DNA of 8,637 nucleotides from a virus (Duplodnaviria; Heunggongvirae; Uroviricota; Caudoviricetes): IMG/VR virus record IMGVR_UViG_2734482537_000006; one strand, 5' to 3'. Shown piece by piece: positions 5,545 to 8,637 of this stretch (position 1 is its first letter; each line of letters starts with the position of its first letter). The notes under the pieces were generated by a model. It saw only the letters and a program-made list of their open reading frames with translations, ran no database searches and was not told where the DNA came from. The position numbers and the translations under genes were made by a program.

Positions 5545-8500
5545 TCAACGAATACTGATGCCGGAAGCCGCTTTTTTGGTCACAATCACCGTACAGTCGG
5601 TGATATTGCCTGCCCCCTGATTGCCTTTCTGGAAAATCTTAAACTCCAGAGTGACGCTACCACCACCACTAGGCATATCAATAACTGCACTGTAACTACC
5701 GGGAATGGCACCTTTAGTTTCTCTGGATGCGATTAATACGCCGTTTTTGCGAACTTCAAAACCATAACCCGTGTATCGCGTGCCTCCTGGGTTATTTCCG
5801 CTCCCCGGATCGTCATACGCTATACCGTTAAAAATAATGGGCGGAATAATAATCTGGCGGTCAAAGTTATGATCATCGCTTATGGTGACTGTAACCGTCC
5901 CGTTTGGTGTTTCCGTGTTACCCCACGTACCAGCCTGTTTCGGAAATGATTTGGATACAGCTTTAACGAAGTCACCTCTGACCTGAGTCGCCTCCAGCAT
6001 GCCCTTAATCGTACAGTTTTCATTTACCGTGACATTGTTGAGCGTCCCGGCGTTCGCATTCACACTGCCACTGATATCCGCATTTTTAGCGGTCAGCTTT
6101 CCGTCCGGAGTCAGGGAAAATGCCGATGGATTTCCACCGCTGGTAATGGTGGGGGCCGTCAGGCGTTTCAGGAACACGTCGTTCATGAATATCTGATCGC
6201 CCTGACCAACAAACATCGGTTTTGTGTTGCCATTCGCAGGATTAACCATCGCAATCCTGTCCGCCGCCAGCAGCACCTGACTCTGCATGCCGTCAGGGGT
6301 GTTCTCAATACCGGCACCAATACCCGCGATATAAAGGCGTCCGTCCTGCATCTGCTGCAGCTTCACAGCCCACATGCTGTTCAGGTTATTATTTGTATCA
6401 ACCTGAACCTTCTGTATCTGCTGAATTGCCGCACTCTGGTCTTCCAGTTTCTTATTGACGGTCTGCGTGATTTCATTGCTGACATCCGTAATGGACGTCC
6501 TGATTTCAGCCAGGTCAGGCGCAAGCTGACCGTTATCAATCTGCGTCCACAGCTCCTGAGCCAGATGGGTTTTCCCTATCTCGCCTTTGAAAAAATCCAG
6601 ATAACCGGATGCATCATCACTCGGCTGACCAACAGCCTCCACGAATGCCGATTTGCCAACGGTGTTCACACTGCGGATATAAAAGTAATAATCATGGCCC
6701 GGTTTGATATTGATACTGGCGGCTATCCAGTACAGCGCCGTGCCAAGATAGCGTGCTGTGGTTTCAACCTGCCTGATATCCGCAATCCGCTTTTCCGAGA
6801 ACCAGAACTCAAACTGTACCGTCGGATCATAAACCGCAAGATGCGGCGTGGCGGTTATCTGAAAATAGCCCGGCGTCAGCTCAATCCGCGACAGCGCTGC
6901 CGGTGCGGCAATCCGGAACGATACCGACGCCGGATCGCCCTGCTGCCCCCACGCATTTACTGCCCGGACTGTCAGCCTGTAGTTCCCCAGCGCCAGTTGT
7001 GTGAAGCGGTAAGTGGTTTCCGTCGTCCGGGCCGTGCTGACCAGCCGCTCACTGCCGTCATCCGCTGTTACGGTCAGACGGAGCAGGAAGCTCACGCCCT
7101 TCACCACCTTCGGCGTGTCCCAGCGCGCCAGCACCTGATATTCCCCGCTGTCTGCGGTGACTTCGGCAGTCAGGTGCTGCACCGCTGGCGGCGTGACACC
7201 ATTCACCGTGCCGCTCTGGTCGCCGTCAAAGTGCGCCCCGTTATCCACGATGGCTTCTTTTTCCGGCACATGCTGCACGGCGGTGATGGCATACGTGCCG
7301 TCGTCGTTCTCACGGATACTCACGCAGCGGAACAATCGCTGGTGCAGCGTCGGCAGCTTCAGCCCCCACACGCTGTATTCAGCAACACCGTCAGGAACAC
7401 GGCTCACTTTTACCTTCACGCCGTCGGTGACGGACTGGACCTCCACGCTGACCGGATTCCCCTGCCCGTCAACCAGGCTTATCAGCGTGGTGCCGGAGGA
7501 TGGCAGCGTGATTTCACGGTCGAGCGTCAGCGTCCGGGTCTGGCTGTTCACCGCCAGCACGCGCCCGCCGGTGCGGATACCGGCATAGTCATCATCGCAG
7601 ATTTCAATGACATCGCCCGGTACATGACGAAGCCCTTCAGCACCCACGCTGAAATCCACGGTCTGCGTCTCCAGCAGTTCCGTTTTAATCAGCCACAGCC
7701 CGGCGCGGTGTGCCTGCCCCCGGCTGGTACAGCCAAAGGCATCCATCTTCGTGACGTTACGACCGTAACGGACAATGGCCTGCGTATCCTCCACAAGCTC
7801 TGTCGCCGTCTCCCAGCCGTTATCCGGGTCAATCCAGTTCACCTCAACGGCATTATGGCGGTCTTTCAGGGCGCTGAAACTGTAGCGGAACGGCGCGCCA
7901 TCATCCGGCATCACCACATTACTGCGGTTATAGGCCCACACCTTATCCGACTGTCGGTCCTGCACGAACGTCAGCGTCTGCCCGTTCCATACCGGCATAC
8001 AGCGCATCGCCGAGCAGAAATCACTGAGCACATCCCACGCCTTGCGCTGTGTGGTCAGCCAGGCATTACAGGTGATGCGCGGCTCCGTGCTGCCAAAGCC
8101 GTCCGGCACCGACTGGTCACAGTACTGGCCGATGACATACAGCGCCCATTTATCCACATCTGCCGCACCAAGACGTTTCCCCATGCCATAGCGCGGATGG
8201 GTCAGCATATCCCACAGACACCAGGCCATGTTGTTGCTGTATGCCGGTTTTAACGTTCCGTCCCAGATACCGCTGTATTGCCGCGTCTGCGGATTATAGT
8301 TCGACGGCACCTGCAGAATGCGCCCGCGAAGATGATAATTACGGCTCACCTGCTGGCTGCCGAACTGCTCCGAATCCACCTGTACGCCGACCAGTGCCGT
8401 GTTCGGGTAGCACTGTTTCACATCGATGATTTCGGTGTATGACGACCAGAGCGTTTTGTTCTGCAGCTGGTCTGTGGTGCTGTCCGGCGTCATTCTGCGC

Positions 8501-8637
8501 ATCCGGATATTAAACGGGCGCGGCGGCAGGTTATCCACCACCACCGAGGCCAGATACTGCGAGGTGGTTTTGCCCTTAATGGTGATGTCTTTTTCCGTCA
8601 CCCAGCCACCGTTACGCTGTATCTGAACCAGCAGGCG
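5545..8637 (-). CDS. J: Tail tip host-specificity protein J (lambda gpJ family central tail fibre), 5'-partial; about 1030 codons in the window
   Basis: The translation (...[112 protein letters not shown]...) is near-identical to lambda J over most of its length. The frame is open to the window edge, so roughly 100 N-terminal codons are missing. The segment from about [13 protein letters not shown] to [14 protein letters not shown] and the last ~130 residues look different from lambda J as I recall it. Confidence 0.95.
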   Translation of the reverse strand, partial: RLLVQIQRNGGWVTEKDITIKGKTTSQYLASVVVDNLPPRPFNIRMRRMTPDSTTDQLQNKTLWSSYTEIIDVKQCYPNTALVGVQVDSEQFGSQQVSRNYHLRGRILQVPSNYNPQTRQYSGIWDGTLKPAYSNNMAWCLWDMLTHPRYGMGKRLGAADVDKWALYVIGQYCDQSVPDGFGSTEPRITCNAWLTTQRKAWDVLSDFCSAMRCMPVWNGQTLTFVQDRQSDKVWAYNRSNVVMPDDGAPFRYSFSALKDRHNAVEVNWIDPDNGWETATELVEDTQAIVRYGRNVTKMDAFGCTSRGQAHRAGLWLIKTELLETQTVDFSVGAEGLRHVPGDVIEICDDDYAGIRTGGRVLAVNSQTRTLTLDREITLPSSGTTLISLVDGQGNPVSVEVQSVTDGVKVKVSRVPDGVAEYSVWGLKLPTLHQRLFRCVSIRENDDGTYAITAVQHVPEKEAIVDNGAHFDGDQSGTVNGVTPPAVQHLTAEVTADSGEYQVLARWDTPKVVKGVSFLLRLTVTADDGSERLVSTARTTETTYRFTQLALGNYRLTVRAVNAWGQQGDPASVSFRIAAPAALSRIELTPGYFQITATPHLAVYDPTVQFEFWFSEKRIADIRQVETTARYLGTALYWIAASINIKPGHDYYFYIRSVNTVGKSAFVEAVGQPSDDASGYLDFFKGEIGKTHLAQELWTQIDNGQLAPDLAEIRTSITDVSNEITQTVNKKLEDQSAAIQQIQKVQVDTNNNLNSMWAVKLQQMQDGRLYIAGIGAGIENTPDGMQSQVLLAADRIAMVNPANGNTKPMFVGQGDQIFMNDVFLKRLTAPTITSGGNPSAFSLTPDGKLTAKNADISGSVNANAGTLNNVTVNENCTIKGMLEATQVRGDFVKAVSKSFPKQAGTWGNTETPNGTVTVTISDDHNFDRQIIIPPIIFNGIAYDDPGSGNNPGGTRYTGYGFEVRKNGVLIASRETKGAIPGSYSAVIDMPSGGGSVTLEFKIFQKGNQGAGNITDCTVIVTKKAASGISIR

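Noticed and set aside
5016-5736. Plus-strand ORFs 5016..5273, 5364..5558 and 5437..5736
   Set aside because: They are antisense to lom, to the J-lom spacer and to the 3' end of J, with no ribosome-binding site and no recognisable product.
6565-8253. 562-aa ORF on the plus strand
   Set aside because: It lies entirely antisense to the well-supported J gene. The product is Arg/His/Pro-rich with no recognisable domain, typical of a stop-free reverse frame opposite a GC-rich gene.

Overview
This window is the distal tail module of a lambda-like prophage, most likely in an E. coli/Shigella-type genome, with all genes on the minus strand in the order J (host-specificity protein, 5' end runs off the right edge) - lom - stf (side tail fibre) - tfa (tail fibre assembly). 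Left of tfa lies about 750 bp of AT-rich non-coding-looking DNA, and the first 83 bases are the terminal end of an IS1 element that continues beyond the left edge. The most unusual structure is a near-perfect 312-bp tandem duplication at the lom/stf junction, which duplicates the lom terminator and leaves a truncated 55-codon stf 5' copy and a lom 3' remnant. Other points are an stf longer than I recall for lambda, a J whose central and C-terminal parts appear to differ from lambda J, and a speculative promoter / 33-codon ORF / terminator unit in the AT-rich region. I see no CRISPR array, tRNA or rRNA, and no novel multi-gene system; the candidates for novelty are the rearrangement and the AT-rich island. 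All identifications rest on reading the translations and on recalled lambda and IS1 sequences, with no database search run.
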